DNA of 64,000 bases, the filler included, from Trypethelium eluteriae (taxonomy: Eukaryota), in the NCBI GenBank assembly GCA_051942245.1. It is 5 parts of 5 records of this genome, joined end to end, with 100 filler letters (N's around TTAATTAATTAA, not from the genome) between each part and the next. Parts side by side here need not be neighbours in the genome. Positions count along the whole stretch, not along the records: positions 13,276 to 26,430 come from JAVECL010000742.1; 4 more parts are not named here. One strand, given 5' to 3'. A model generated the notes under the pieces. That model did not search any database, was not told the DNA's origin, and saw only the letters and a list, made by a program, of their open reading frames with translations. The position numbers and the translations under genes are program-made. Position 1 is the first letter of the stretch. Each line of letters starts with the position of its first letter. Positions 13,305 to 24,444 of this stretch are shown here, piece after piece.

Positions 13305-14128
13305 TTGTGCGGAAGACAGATGAAGGAAGAATGGTAGGAGGAGTCGTAAAACCTAGCAGGGTGGTGAAAAGGATGGGGTTGGTACTGAATACTGGTATTG
13401 AAGTCAAGAATTGAAGGCCGGAACAGTGGAGGTCTCGGCTTGTTTCAAGGTAGCTGTACGCAGGAAGAAACAAAGGGAGCTGACGCTGGGGTCCTTGGAT
13501 TCAAGCTTTGTAAGAAACTAAGAGAGTCGTGGCAGGTCGTGAACTTCGTAGAGAGAGCGTGTCAGGGCAGACAAGGTCAGATGGAAGCTTAGTAGAGAGG
13601 GACGCAGCTAAGTACTCCGTTTCGTACATGCAGGCTTAGGACGTATGTCGTGTGACGGTAGTCGCATAAGCCAATCGGAGTTCACTCCTTACTTTAGTGG
13701 CCTACGATACTTAGTAAGGCCAGGGCCAGGGCAGCACATAAGACGACTCCTCCCCGAACTCCACCCCTCAACTTTGAGCAAGACTTTCGCTTCCAATGCT
13801 TCTTAATCAAGAACGCTCAACCAGCTTTGGGCAATATTTTTCTCTGCATATCGTGGCTTTTGACATTTCGTGGGCCACTTTAGATGTTCTAATGTAGCAA
13901 GCGGCACCGAGTTTTCTTCAATAGTTCCAAAGTCCTCCTTCTTTTTCAACATACCTTCCTCGAACACCGGCTAGATATATACAGGTATGTGTCTTTTGTA
14001 AAAAATATCTCCAATATTGGTTCCAGAAAGATACTCGAGGTGGTTGTCTGATTCTTTATCGTTGCGTTCGTTGTAAGGGTTAAAGACGGAATGGTCTGCC
14101 TGGCAGTTGCTACAGAATAGCTGCTGGC

Positions 14129-14277
14129 AAAAAAAGAAAAAGAAACTGGCAAGAGCGCGAGTCGAACCCCGTACCAAATGTCGAACTGAGCTGCGTAGTT
14201 CAAAATCAGAGTTCCCCGTGGTGTGGTAGCGAGCGAGCTCCTACCGGTACTCGAGCCGCACGTTCTTCACGCCTGCC
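14129..14277 (-). ncRNA. Candidate structured RNA or tRNA-derived element with B-box and oligo-T end
   Basis: B-box GGTTCGACTC (14168-14159), tRNA-like end TCTTGCCA (14154-14147), then T5 and T7 runs. 5' GGCAG-GCGTG pairs with 3' CGCGC-(TC)-TTGCC; internal hairpins GGTAG/CTACC and TTGAACT/AGTTCGA. Confidence 0.4.
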
Positions 14278-14354
14278 CCCAACGAGTCTTCCTATCAACA
14301 GCCGGAGCTGCCGCGAGCGTTCACATTGTGTCTATTGAAGACACAGAGGAGAAG

Positions 14355-14589
14355 AAAAAAAATTCGACCAGTTTTGAAAGGAGCAAAACTTCGGGTAGGC
14401 TTCGTAGTTCCTCGTAGACACGGCGGACCAGCCGACCGTGTCTACTCACTACGAAACCCACCCTATCAAACAGCTTTGTTTGTCGACTTTGAGCCGGAAC
14501 CCGTCGGGCCCGACCCAAGCGGTCGACAAACAGGGAGCTGTTTAGCTCCCAGGCCTTTATCACCAGGCCATGGCCTGATGGTAAGTAAT
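14355..14589 (-). ncRNA. Candidate ~230-nt Pol III-type RNA with two long hairpins, family not recognised
   Basis: TATATGTATAA (14616-14606), A-box-like TGGCCTGGTGA (14570-14560) and T8 (14362-14355). Hairpins at 14543-14468 and 14463-14393 contain 8-16 bp helices that are complete only on the minus strand via G-U pairs. Confidence 0.6.
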
Positions 14590-15115
14590 GGGAAAAGTGC
14601 TTGGATTATACATATAGGTCTGCACAACCCACGCATACTCTTTCTGCGCACAGTTCTCGTACTCTTTTTCTTGTCTTGCCTTGCTACCATCCTCAATCTA
14701 CGGTAATGAAGTCTTTCCGGCTCAGCATATTGCTGAAACGGTAACGAGACCTTGTGCACTTACAAATCCGCTACGAAGCTGCACGTGGATCGTTTTGGTC
14801 AATGTTTGTGCGTGGATATCAAAATCATGCCACTCTCACATAGAATTTCTCGCAATAAGACTGAAACGGTAAAGGAGAGAGGAAATAATCTCGTTATCTA
14901 TGTGTTGCGCTAGTTCTACTAGCCTTGGAGTCTTCTGTGATCCCCTAAATGCCTACTGATCTGTTGTCCTTGTTGCAGATCACCCTTTCATCATGAGTTC
15001 TTCCCATACAGCACTTCACCGATTCTTCATAAAATCCCGCCTCCTGATCGCAATATTCTCTAGATAACTTCACAAGTCCGAGCTACCACACCGATCAAGT
15101 TGATGCTGAGGTACT

Positions 15116-16459
15116 TCACCAAGATCGACGCCTGGCATTTCCAAGATCATCGAAGGGGGCAGTGTCAGAGACTGGCAAACTCAGGTTGGTACGGGACCTT
15201 GCGATAAAATTTGACATTTCCTCCGTGGCGGTAGCCCATCGAAGCCTGGCCTCGATTTCATATTGGTCGAGAATCCGATCAGCGCGAAGTAAAATCGCCT
15301 CTGCCTGTGACGTGTCAGTAACATCCTGAGCAACGCTCTCATGATTAGCGTTCTCTACGGGATGGATATCCGCGTACTGTGAACTGTGAGAATGAACTGT
15401 CTCTTCTTCGGTGAAAGTCCCATCAGTTTCCGTAGGGTCAAGCACGATCTGGCGCCCTGCCTCGCGCACCATAGCATCTTCTGAACCTGATCTCCCGCCG
15501 AATCCTGAAGGTACCGCTGTGAGATCCGGGTCAAAGTTTGGTGAGTCAATGGACGGCTCTTCTGTTTCGTGTGTACCAGGCGGAGCATGACTAACTCGAA
15601 GCAGGGATATAAGTCGAGACGAGTTGTTCCAAGCCAGGCTAGGGAGGAACTCATCGCCATCCTTTTCTTCCCGTAACGGATGGTCGGGACGTCTCTCACT
15701 TGGCTCCAGAAAGCGATCGGGCTGAAACGCTGTCAAAACTGCGCTTGTACTCCTCATGGTCCCATTTGTCATAGCTCGCCGGGTCTCTGGAAGGGTGAGA
15801 ATCCAGTCTTTGGCGCGTTGCATGTGAGTGATCTGCTCTGTAGTCGTCTCGTTCTCCAACCATCCGTTCTCTTCTCGAACACGCTGTTCGTTTTCTAACC
15901 ATCCAACGGCTTGCTCAATTGTATTGAGATCGCAGGTCAGAGCGCAGAGCAGACACCGACCCTTATTCAACTGGCTTAGTGCAGCAGAAATGTCTTGATT
16001 GCGAGTTTCCCTTGACTGCAACAATACTTGCTCAGTCTCATCGATCATCATCTGCACAAAACTGCGCGGCGGTCTCCTCTCGGCGAACAACCTCGTATCA
16101 AAAGCCGCTTCCGCCATTGGCAGTAATTCGTCCCATGGATCGCTCCGTGGATTTTGAGCAGCATTCAACAAGGTCGGCTCACGAATGAGGTAGAAACGAT
16201 GGCCCAGATCTTGGTGCTTGTTCTCCAGATTCGTCAACACGTCAAATGCGTGATTTATGAATTGGGTCAGGGCCATGCGAAGCTTATCTCTGTTCATGTC
16301 AGCACACGCCTCTAGTCCACAGGGTTCGTTACGAGATTCAATCTCATCGATCGGAAATAAGTCATCATCCAACGACGACCCGAATCTACGATCTGTTCGC
16401 TCGGTGCGTCGTTGGCTATAGTGTCCGCAACTGTAGGTGATAAGGCACACGATGGGCAT
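15116..16459 (-). CDS. Hypothetical protein (~447 aa), intronless, N-terminal CxxxYSCGH motif, acidic C-terminal part
   Basis: Uninterrupted 1.3-kb ORF; likely start MPIVCLITYSCGH at 16459; no family recognised. Confidence 0.7.
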   Translation of the reverse strand: MPIVCLITYSCGHYSQRRTERTDRRFGSSLDDDLFPIDEIESRNEPCGLEACADMNRDKLRMALTQFINHAFDVLTNLENKHQDLGHRFYLIREPTLLNAAQNPRSDPWDELLPMAEAAFDTRLFAERRPPRSFVQMMIDETEQVLLQSRETRNQDISAALSQLNKGRCLLCALTCDLNTIEQAVGWLENEQRVREENGWLENETTTEQITHMQRAKDWILTLPETRRAMTNGTMRSTSAVLTAFQPDRFLEPSERRPDHPLREEKDGDEFLPSLAWNNSSRLISLLRVSHAPPGTHETEEPSIDSPNFDPDLTAVPSGFGGRSGSEDAMVREAGRQIVLDPTETDGTFTEEETVHSHSSQYADIHPVENANHESVAQDVTDTSQAEAILLRADRILDQYEIEARLRWATATEEMSNFIARSRTNLSLPVSDTAPFDDLGNARRRSW

Positions 16460-17835
16460 AATCGTATGTTGAAAGTGTGTAGGGAAAACCTCCAACCTAG
16501 TCGTTTCTGAATCCATGCTGTAATAGAATATTGGAGAGAAATTTTCATGACGCATCAAGCATGCCTGGATCAAAAGTTTTATATTCTGTCTAATGACTAT
16601 AGGGTGAACTCTAGTGAGGGTTTGTCAGCCTACGGGGTATCGCCCAAATTCACGTACGACATAGTGGTGCCATGTAGAGGCAAGAAAAGCTAGCTTTACT
16701 ATTACCCTGAACCACCCCTAGTCAGACATAGTCGTTGTCATATGCTTAGTTCATCCTTCGCATTAGGAGCTATCCCTGTAATGGTATTGAGGACTGCTCG
16801 ACACACCTCCCCCAGTGACCAGCCTGGTCACGACCAATGCTTAATGAAGGCTGACAAAAATTGAGCATTCATTGTTAGAGCCGTCTTATGGCACAGCGTT
16901 ATGTAATCTACAATCGTCAGGCTTCATAAAATGTCTGAAATTTTGTAATGGTCATTTCCTTTGTGCAGGCGTCAAGTTTTACGCTTCCTCTTTGTTGCGG
17001 TGTGACCTGTTCTTTGACCATTTTCTTGTTTGTGAGTAAGCGTTCTCCACCACTCACGCCAGACTGCAGACAAGGACAGAAACTAAACAAGTCGAAAGCG
17101 TCAGCGAAACTTGCACGACACTCCTCCACGTTACGTCCCATCCCCACCATTCCCTACTGGCTCCCATGCGCAAAACTTAAGGTAGCGCATCGCTTTAGTC
17201 TGTACAGAAGCGTCAAGGATATCGTTAATTTTTCGGTCTCTCCGCCCCATAAAAGCTCAAGTTCAGGCACTGTGCGGGATTCAAATTTTCGAAAGACCCT
17301 TCTGATGGATGTGGGCAGACTCGCTAATACGATAAAGGAAGACGCGTTGGTGAAGACGCGTGCCTCATTGGACGCGACGCGTCTCAGGATCGGGACAACG
17401 ATTCACCGTTCCACCGTTGACGATTCAACGGCGCTAATAGCGATTTCACATTTCTTGATTTGTGACATTCAGAAGCAACGTTTGCATCCTTTCCATTTCA
17501 CTAGTCAGTGAAATAGTCAGGCGATGACCTAGGAGTCTCTTTGCGAAGTGCCATTGACTGATAATGTCCCAACGTTGAGCACTAGGTATGTGGAACCTCT
17601 ACCTTGCCGAACGCACATAACTGTTGCTTCCATTTCGTGCTGTCCCTCCGTAACGCCTTTCCATTACTCCCACTGTCATTCGATGTTAGAAAAAAGAACT
17701 TGAGAATGCCGGCCCGCATCGATGAACGAAAGCTCTATGTTCGTTGAGCCTAGGTTGGCTAGCTGTCCATGCTATCCTGGAGGTTAAAGCACTAATATTG
17801 ATTGTATGTGGGAAGATAACTTACATTAAGACAAA

Positions 17836-18246
17836 TCAAAAGACGGAGACAACGTTGCTATAAGCCGCTAAAAGGTTTACTGGCTGTTCACCAGGAACAG
17901 GCATCCGGACAAGTGTAATTCGAATGCGATAATTGCCTGATTGCTGAATGGCAACACCCGGGAAAGACGCTAGGCCGATCACTTGGTCATCATTCTCACT
18001 TCCATCTTCACTCGTCAAATGAACGGAATCAACGAGCCTTCCTCGAAGGATGCCTGATGCGACTGCAGTCCCTTGGCCAGTACTACTCGCAGTAACGAGC
18101 GTTGCAACGGCCACAAGGCGACTAACGTCGTCATAAGACCCGTCGTATCCGTATCTGTACCTGACCCGAACAGAGCATGCAGGATACAGGTAGCACCCGA
18201 TTCGGACCAGGGGTGGAGGCTGCGTTGCCATGGTCATGGAATACAT
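17836..18246 (-). CDS. Stand-alone divergent velvet-like domain protein (~136 aa)
   Basis: YSMTMATQPP...LRGRLVDSVH...GLASFPGVAIQQSGNYRIRITLVRM...AYSNVVSVF follows the velvet pattern QP...LxGxLVxS...FxFPDLSxRxxGxYRLxFxL...SxxFxV. Start uncertain: ORF is open to 18423. Confidence 0.65.
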   Translation of the reverse strand: MYSMTMATQPPPLVRIGCYLYPACSVRVRYRYGYDGSYDDVSRLVAVATLVTASSTGQGTAVASGILRGRLVDSVHLTSEDGSENDDQVIGLASFPGVAIQQSGNYRIRITLVRMPVPGEQPVNLLAAYSNVVSVF

Positions 18247-21200
18247 TGTCTGCCTGTTCGAATCGCCGCCGGTCGCAAGACGAGTCGGTTGATGGTTGGA
18301 AGCAATCTGTCTGCTTTGAGCACTATTAGGAAATCTACCACGTGCCTTCTGAGGCGAATGATACGTTGTGCTGGAATGAATGCGACACAATTCCCGGCTC
18401 AATAACTCGTGAGCTGGTTGCATATACAGCCTGTAAGTCCTGCGAAATCTCGTTTAAGGTCCCAGGGCGTACAGACGAACCTGAAAGAGCTTCCTTGCTC
18501 TGATAGTCGCAACAATCGTAGTAAAGGCCAAGCCGGTTCTGCGAAGCCGTAGATACTTACTGCCGCGATTGGGAAGTGGTTCCTCTGCGTTGCGAAATAG
18601 TGGAACTTTGAACCTCTTGGCGACTTCTTCTGCCTCTTGGTATCTGCCAACTGTAGATTGGCAACTCTGGAAAAAAATATCTCGTTAGCGGCATCACCAT
18701 CTGAAGACGCAGACTTTCGATATCAATCCAGGAATGAGCTCGATGGGAGGAAAGGATTTCTGGCTTCCCAAATGCCCCGAAACAGCCAAGTCCCGAGCCA
18801 ACGTAATTGCGAAGTATAGAAACCATCGAATGTCTTTTATGTCATATCCCTGACGTCTTTCTCAGAATGGCCGGCATTCCTAGCTCATGGCAGGGTCCAA
18901 ATACTGCATGTCGGCATCAAAATCTACAGCGAAGAGCTGGTACCGTCCAAGCGTAGATACCTGCAACTGGATGCTTTGCGAACATCACACTGCAAATTTT
19001 ACGTTTCAGATTATGAACATGCTTGCTCATTTTGAATTCGCTCGGCGGGTAGATCTGACGCAAGGGCCTACTAGTCGAAGCCGCCTGTAGCCCCTGATAG
19101 AGTCGATCCAGGTTCTGGCCAGTGTCTTCCTTGTCGTACGAGACGAGCTGTTGGGTTTTTGACAACTCGGGAGTGGCAGACAAGCGAGCCGGTAATGCAA
19201 GTTATGTGTGGAGATCGGCCGGGCCGTCGCATGAAGGTAACGCGAAAATTTGGTGCCTGGCTCCCTCTATTGGAACCCATTGTTTCACAACGTGCTGCGG
19301 CTCAAAAATTTGCACACTGCATGGCCTGTGCTGGCGAGAATGCAAAATTCAGATAAGAGAAAGACCAACTTACTTCGTCCAAAATTAAGTTTTCAAGTTT
19401 GCGACAATACTAATCGGATCAATTAGGGGAAGCCAAATTATTGACAACGCAATTGACGTGGAAACAAGCTTACTTCGAGGAATCTCGATTGGCTGCCGTA
19501 GCACTGATACGCTGTGTGCCCTCTTCAGAGCCGGAACTCGAATGCTATCTCGAATGGAATTTTTCGTCAACTCAGTCTTGCCTAAACCCGCACGAGGTAA
19601 AGGATCGGACTACGGTCGGTCAGGTTATTCCTACTCCGTTAGCCCAGAGTCGGCAGCAGCCTTTGATAGTCTTATCAAACCCTTGGATCGGATCCCACCC
19701 AAACTCAAATGCCCTTGAAGAACCCAGTCGTCGGAAGCTACAAGGATCGGAGTTGGTTTCACCAACAGTCAGAATTGAAGTCCAAAGGAGTATGATGCAT
19801 ATCTTTGGCACTTCAAGCTGAACGAATGTCAAGTTTTATACGTACCCGCACGCCGTCACATGGTGCCTGAAGTTGGGTAGAAGAAGACTATCGGGCGGCA
19901 GTTGAATCAAAGTAAAGCTCTCTACCTCTTTCAAGTCCTTGATCCGCCATGGCAAACCCAATCCGGTATGATCTCTGCGACGTTGATAGGGGCCTAGAAA
20001 TCGTGAGGCCCTTGTCGAGAAAGTCTCTCCAATCGTCAAGCAAAGCTCCGCGCTCCCAATGACGCCAATTGCAAAGGATCTCACATTGTGGCGTTCAGGT
20101 CACAGATGTTTGAGATCCGCGAGATGCGTTGCCTGCAGGAAAGTTTCCGAACGTCAGGTAGAGAGGCTTGCAGCGGCACATGCATGTAAAGGGTCTTGGT
20201 CCTTCTGTGGCTTCGCGATCTTTGGCGGGACGATCTCCCGTACCGATGCTGACAGTTTCTTGGGTCGGCGCGCGGGACGCACGCCTCCTACCTAATGGAC
20301 CCACACGCGATCAAATCCACGCCATCGTTCAGCCTTTCGTCTCCTTTCGCCTTCAATGTCGTGCATTGCCGTCTGTTTCGCATTGGAGGTCATGACTATT
20401 CTCACTGCTCAGCGTTGGTAACGTTCCTCTTGTTAGCACTAGGAAAATTTCTCGCTCACCCATTCCGCCCATGCCGTAGACAGACGTTACACAAGAAAAG
20501 CCATGGCGGATGAAAGGGCGTTCCGCCCGCCAGTTTAGTCTTCGACACACTTAGTCATTTTAACCGCCAGTGCATACATCGAAATTCCTCGTCCTGAATT
20601 CTCTTGTAAAATTCCCCTCCTGTTCGAATTGAAAGTCGTGAGACGAGACTGACGTTTGAATTAAGCTTCTCTCCACCGAGCTTGTCCGCTAGTACCCGGT
20701 TTGCCCCCAACAACAAGGCGTTATAGTCTATCTTGCCGAAGGATTTTGGGCATGCGGCTACTAGTCCGGCTTCTACTGCAGTCACCAAGCGCCACACAGC
20801 CTAGGACAAGGACGATTCCTCTCACGAGCAAGCCATGTGCTCAATAGCCCCCGTCGGGCATTTCTCGCTAGCGATTGCTTCTCACAAAGAGACGAAGCGA
20901 CAGGCATATTTTACGTAACTAAACCTCCGGCATGCTACATGTTCATTCTTCAATTGCTATTTATGGCTGTCCCTGGGCTCAATTCCTGACAATGTGGTCC
21001 GAACGATAGTCGTAACGAGGACTAGCTGGCGTGAAGGGCTCAGGACGAGACGAAGGGAAGTGCACGCGGCCTACATGCCAGACAATCACATAGGGCTCGC
21101 CTTTTTCCGGCAACAGCAACGATTGTACAGGGCACGACAGTTCAAGGATGATCAATAGGAATCTCCGTTCGACCGTGCAGCCCAACCCTAAGATATGATT

Positions 21201-23184
21201 TATTTTTTTTTTCAGCAGTCCCGTGTCAATGCCCTCTCAGCCTTCCGCTCGGGTATCGACCGAAAGAAGCTCTAGCTGTAGCCTTGGGCATGCACTCAGT
21301 CCGGTGCATGATGTCACTAACTGCTAGTTCCTGACTGAATGCCCGGATCAAGGAGATGACACGAGATTTCGACCAAGAAGTATTATTCTGGATCGCTTAT
21401 CCTGTTTGTGTATTTACTGTTACTGAAAACCCAGCTCATGATGGTTTGAGGCGACGCCATTCTTCCACACAGATCCACCAGCCAATGTGCGCATCGACCA
21501 ATGGCATTGAGAACGAGACTATATCTTATGAACGAAGGCAGATCTCGAGGCAATGCATCTGTGAGTCGAACAGTGTACAGCAAGTATTATGCAGCCTTAT
21601 AGGAGGTTGCTCCCGATGGTCGCGCCGGAACTGGCGTAAATAACGCATGGCGATCGCCCTGTTCATCTCGCATCACACACGCCTGAAGGACAAGGATTCA
21701 TCTTGGGCAGCAACTCCTGTACGATGTATTGACAATCAATTGCCGGGAATAGCAAATTGTCCTGAAGCACCAGTTGGAGTGACTTGAGTGGAGATTCGAA
21801 ACATCTATGACCGCGACTCACCATTCAGACGCGTCTGGCAATCCCGGTCTTGGCACCGAAGACGGAAGCATTTCTAGCATCGGGGAGCTCGGGCCGGTAT
21901 CGCCTCTTAGTTCATCTTCTGCGTAATCTGCAATGGATGCAGAGGTGGTGTTCTGTAAAGAATTAGCCGCAGGAAGGGTCAGATCTGGCAAAGCTTGCCG
22001 AAGAGACGTCGTAAGACAATTGAAATATTCTAAAGCAGCAGGTACTGATCGCAATTGGATTCGGCAGTTAGAAGTGGCGAGCTGGCTGAGAAATTTACTC
22101 AATTTGTAGGCGCATTGCTGCTGAAAGAGGGCACTGACCTGAACAATAATAATATAGAGAGTCGAGGTCAGGGTCCAGCGTTGTCACACGGCAACCTACC
22201 ACGCCTAACCTACGGCCCCTAGGACTCCCTAGTGGGCCAAAACGGCTACTACAACCACGGGCTTTTCATAGGGGCCGGACAGAGCATCTAGACCCATAAC
22301 GGCAATGCAAATACGCAGTGCCAGGATAGAATGACGGGGTCATGGCTGGCGTGGAGTGCCGGAGTGCCTGAAAGCTTGCCGGCGCAGGGTCTTTGAGGCT
22401 GACGGATGACTTTTCCGCGGACATCTGACCAGTGCGCCGACTCGTCTCCCACCACCATCCACCACCATCTGCTCTCGAAAGGGCACTGCACCCGTCACGC
22501 GTCTGTATGATCAGGCACTCTGATGATCCCATCAGATCCCGTCAGATCCCACCAGATCCTTCATGAGTGCGCCTAGAGACTCTTGATGGCTGTCATTCGC
22601 GAGTAATCGTCGACTCTTCGGCTGCGAATACCCGCCAACGGTGTGCGACCGTGGATCCTCACTGGATAAAGGCTTGCTCACTCTGTGCCCTGCATGGTGA
22701 TCTTTTCATTCTTTCCGTCATCTCCGCTGCTGATGTATTGATGTATTGACGTGGTTTTGCGAAGACTGCCTCTTGTTCGGATCTCTTTTGCCCGATTCTT
22801 ATTGTCCGCCTATCCGTTACTCTAGGTAGCGGCCTCCCTCCCAGGCATCCGCATGTCTCAAAACATGAATCATTTACTAGTCAAAATCACACGAACTGGT
22901 TTGCTTGCTGCGCCCCTTGCACCCATCACCTGCGATGCGTCAAGCATCTGTCTCTGTCATGTATAAAGACCGGGCGCATGATGTTCTCTGCGAGATCAAT
23001 ACAAAAGCTGCGTTATTCCTCTGCATACCATCTTTTCTACCTTGGCGCTTTGCTTGCTTCAATACACGCCTGGTAACAACCCATGAGCCGGCCATGAGCC
23101 GGAGCCTGCAAGCGAGTCGCCCAAATCCTGTCGCTACCGAAATTCCTGCACCTGTTCATTCAAGCCAGGAACACTTCGCTCACC

Positions 23185-23727
23185 ATGTCCTCCCACTTCC
23201 GACATCACCGTCACCACTCGTGGCCGCCCTTATTCCATCTCGTTGAGAGTAAGAAAGAGAAGCCACTCCCGGACATCGACGAAGATCCATTCGCACACTT
23301 CATCACGCCCATCAATGAAGAAGACGACCCCTTCGAGACTGTCTTCTCTGCAGGCATCCTCGATGCCCAGGCCGATCATATCTCCAAAGCGAGCAAAATC
23401 TGCAGCAAGATCACCTCCAGATGGGTCAAGTACGTCGCCCGTCACCACGAATCGCTGCATGAGCAGTACCATCAGGATGCTTTGGAGGAGCGACGCTACA
23501 AGACCGTCATCGTCGAGCCCTCGCGCGGTCGGCCAGACCTTCGACAGAAACGACCGCGTCCGCGGGCATCTCGTACGTTGTCGGGACATCGTCATTCTTG
23601 GCGTGAGCCGAGTGTGGATATATTTACCGTTATGGAGGAGGCTGAGGATCAGTTTCATGAGCAGTTGAGTGACGATGGCTCGCTCAACATGTCTGATGGA
23701 CAAGCAGCAGTGCTTGCTAGACTGTAA
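23185..23727 (+). CDS. Fungal hypothetical protein (180 aa), ends in ARL
   Basis: Single ORF with CACC-ATG context and conserved-looking blocks HSWPP, DIDEDPFAHF, FSAGI and RHSWREPSVDIFTV. Confidence 0.75.
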   Translation: MSSHFRHHRHHSWPPLFHLVESKKEKPLPDIDEDPFAHFITPINEEDDPFETVFSAGILDAQADHISKASKICSKITSRWVKYVARHHESLHEQYHQDALEERRYKTVIVEPSRGRPDLRQKRPRPRASRTLSGHRHSWREPSVDIFTVMEEAEDQFHEQLSDDGSLNMSDGQAAVLARL

Positions 23728-24444
23728 TTTTGCGTATTGCACGGAGTATAGGTCCTTGGGTTTCTGTCATTACATTACTGTATTCTTCTTTCACCACATT
23801 ACCGCGATATTGGGGCAAGATTCGGGAGTCTGGACGGTGCATTCATAGATCTCTACCTTTTCTGCATAGCATTGCTGGCGTTTGGGGACCGGGAGTGGGA
23901 ACTGAACTTTTCAGTCTGGTTTTAGTGGAGTTACGGAACTGCAGCACGGAGAGCAGAGCCATGGAACTAGCACAGATAATTAATCAAGTTGGAAACGAGC
24001 AATAGAAGTCAAGTGTTGATTTTCATGATTCCTTATCATAAGGTGCCTTCCTACCTAAATAGCTGAGTGATGGCTGTTGCGCGGACAACGGTGCGTAAAC
24101 ATTGCTTGGGATGACGTGGGGCTCCAACCACCTCCACCAGCCACCGCGTTTGACCAGCCAGCACGCCCAGGCCCATCAATTATCCACCACATCGTTTCCC
24201 TCGGCCGTCTGTTATACTTCTGTAACTTCATTCCCTCGAGTTCTGTCTATACACTGACAAAATCGAAATCTCTAGGTCTCTGCGTCATCCTCCCAAATTT
24301 GCATTCACCACTTGGCACTGCCCATCTCTCAGTCAACCATTGGAGCACGTTCACAACGACAAGTCCGGGCATTAGCCCAGGGCTTTCCGAGACACAGTAT
24401 CTCATCTCCTCAGTCGGGTGCCTTTCATCATTCATCAGTTAAAA

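Noticed and set aside
14147..14175. Canonical tRNA-Leu
   Set aside because: The T-stem does not pair, and there is no matching 5' acceptor/D-arm at tRNA spacing and no anticodon arm.
14452..14581. Hammerhead ribozyme (CGAAAC and CTGATGG on the plus strand)
   Set aside because: The core deviates from CUGANGA, stems do not fit any hammerhead topology, and G-U pairs favour the other strand.
14578..14589. U1-like 5' end (ACTTACC) on the 14.5-kb RNA candidate
   Set aside because: No U1 stem-loop I/II motifs or proper Sm site follow.
20993..21212. Another Pol III unit (TGGTCCGAA, GTTCGACC, T10)
   Set aside because: Box matches are weak, I see only one short hairpin, and there is an internal T5.
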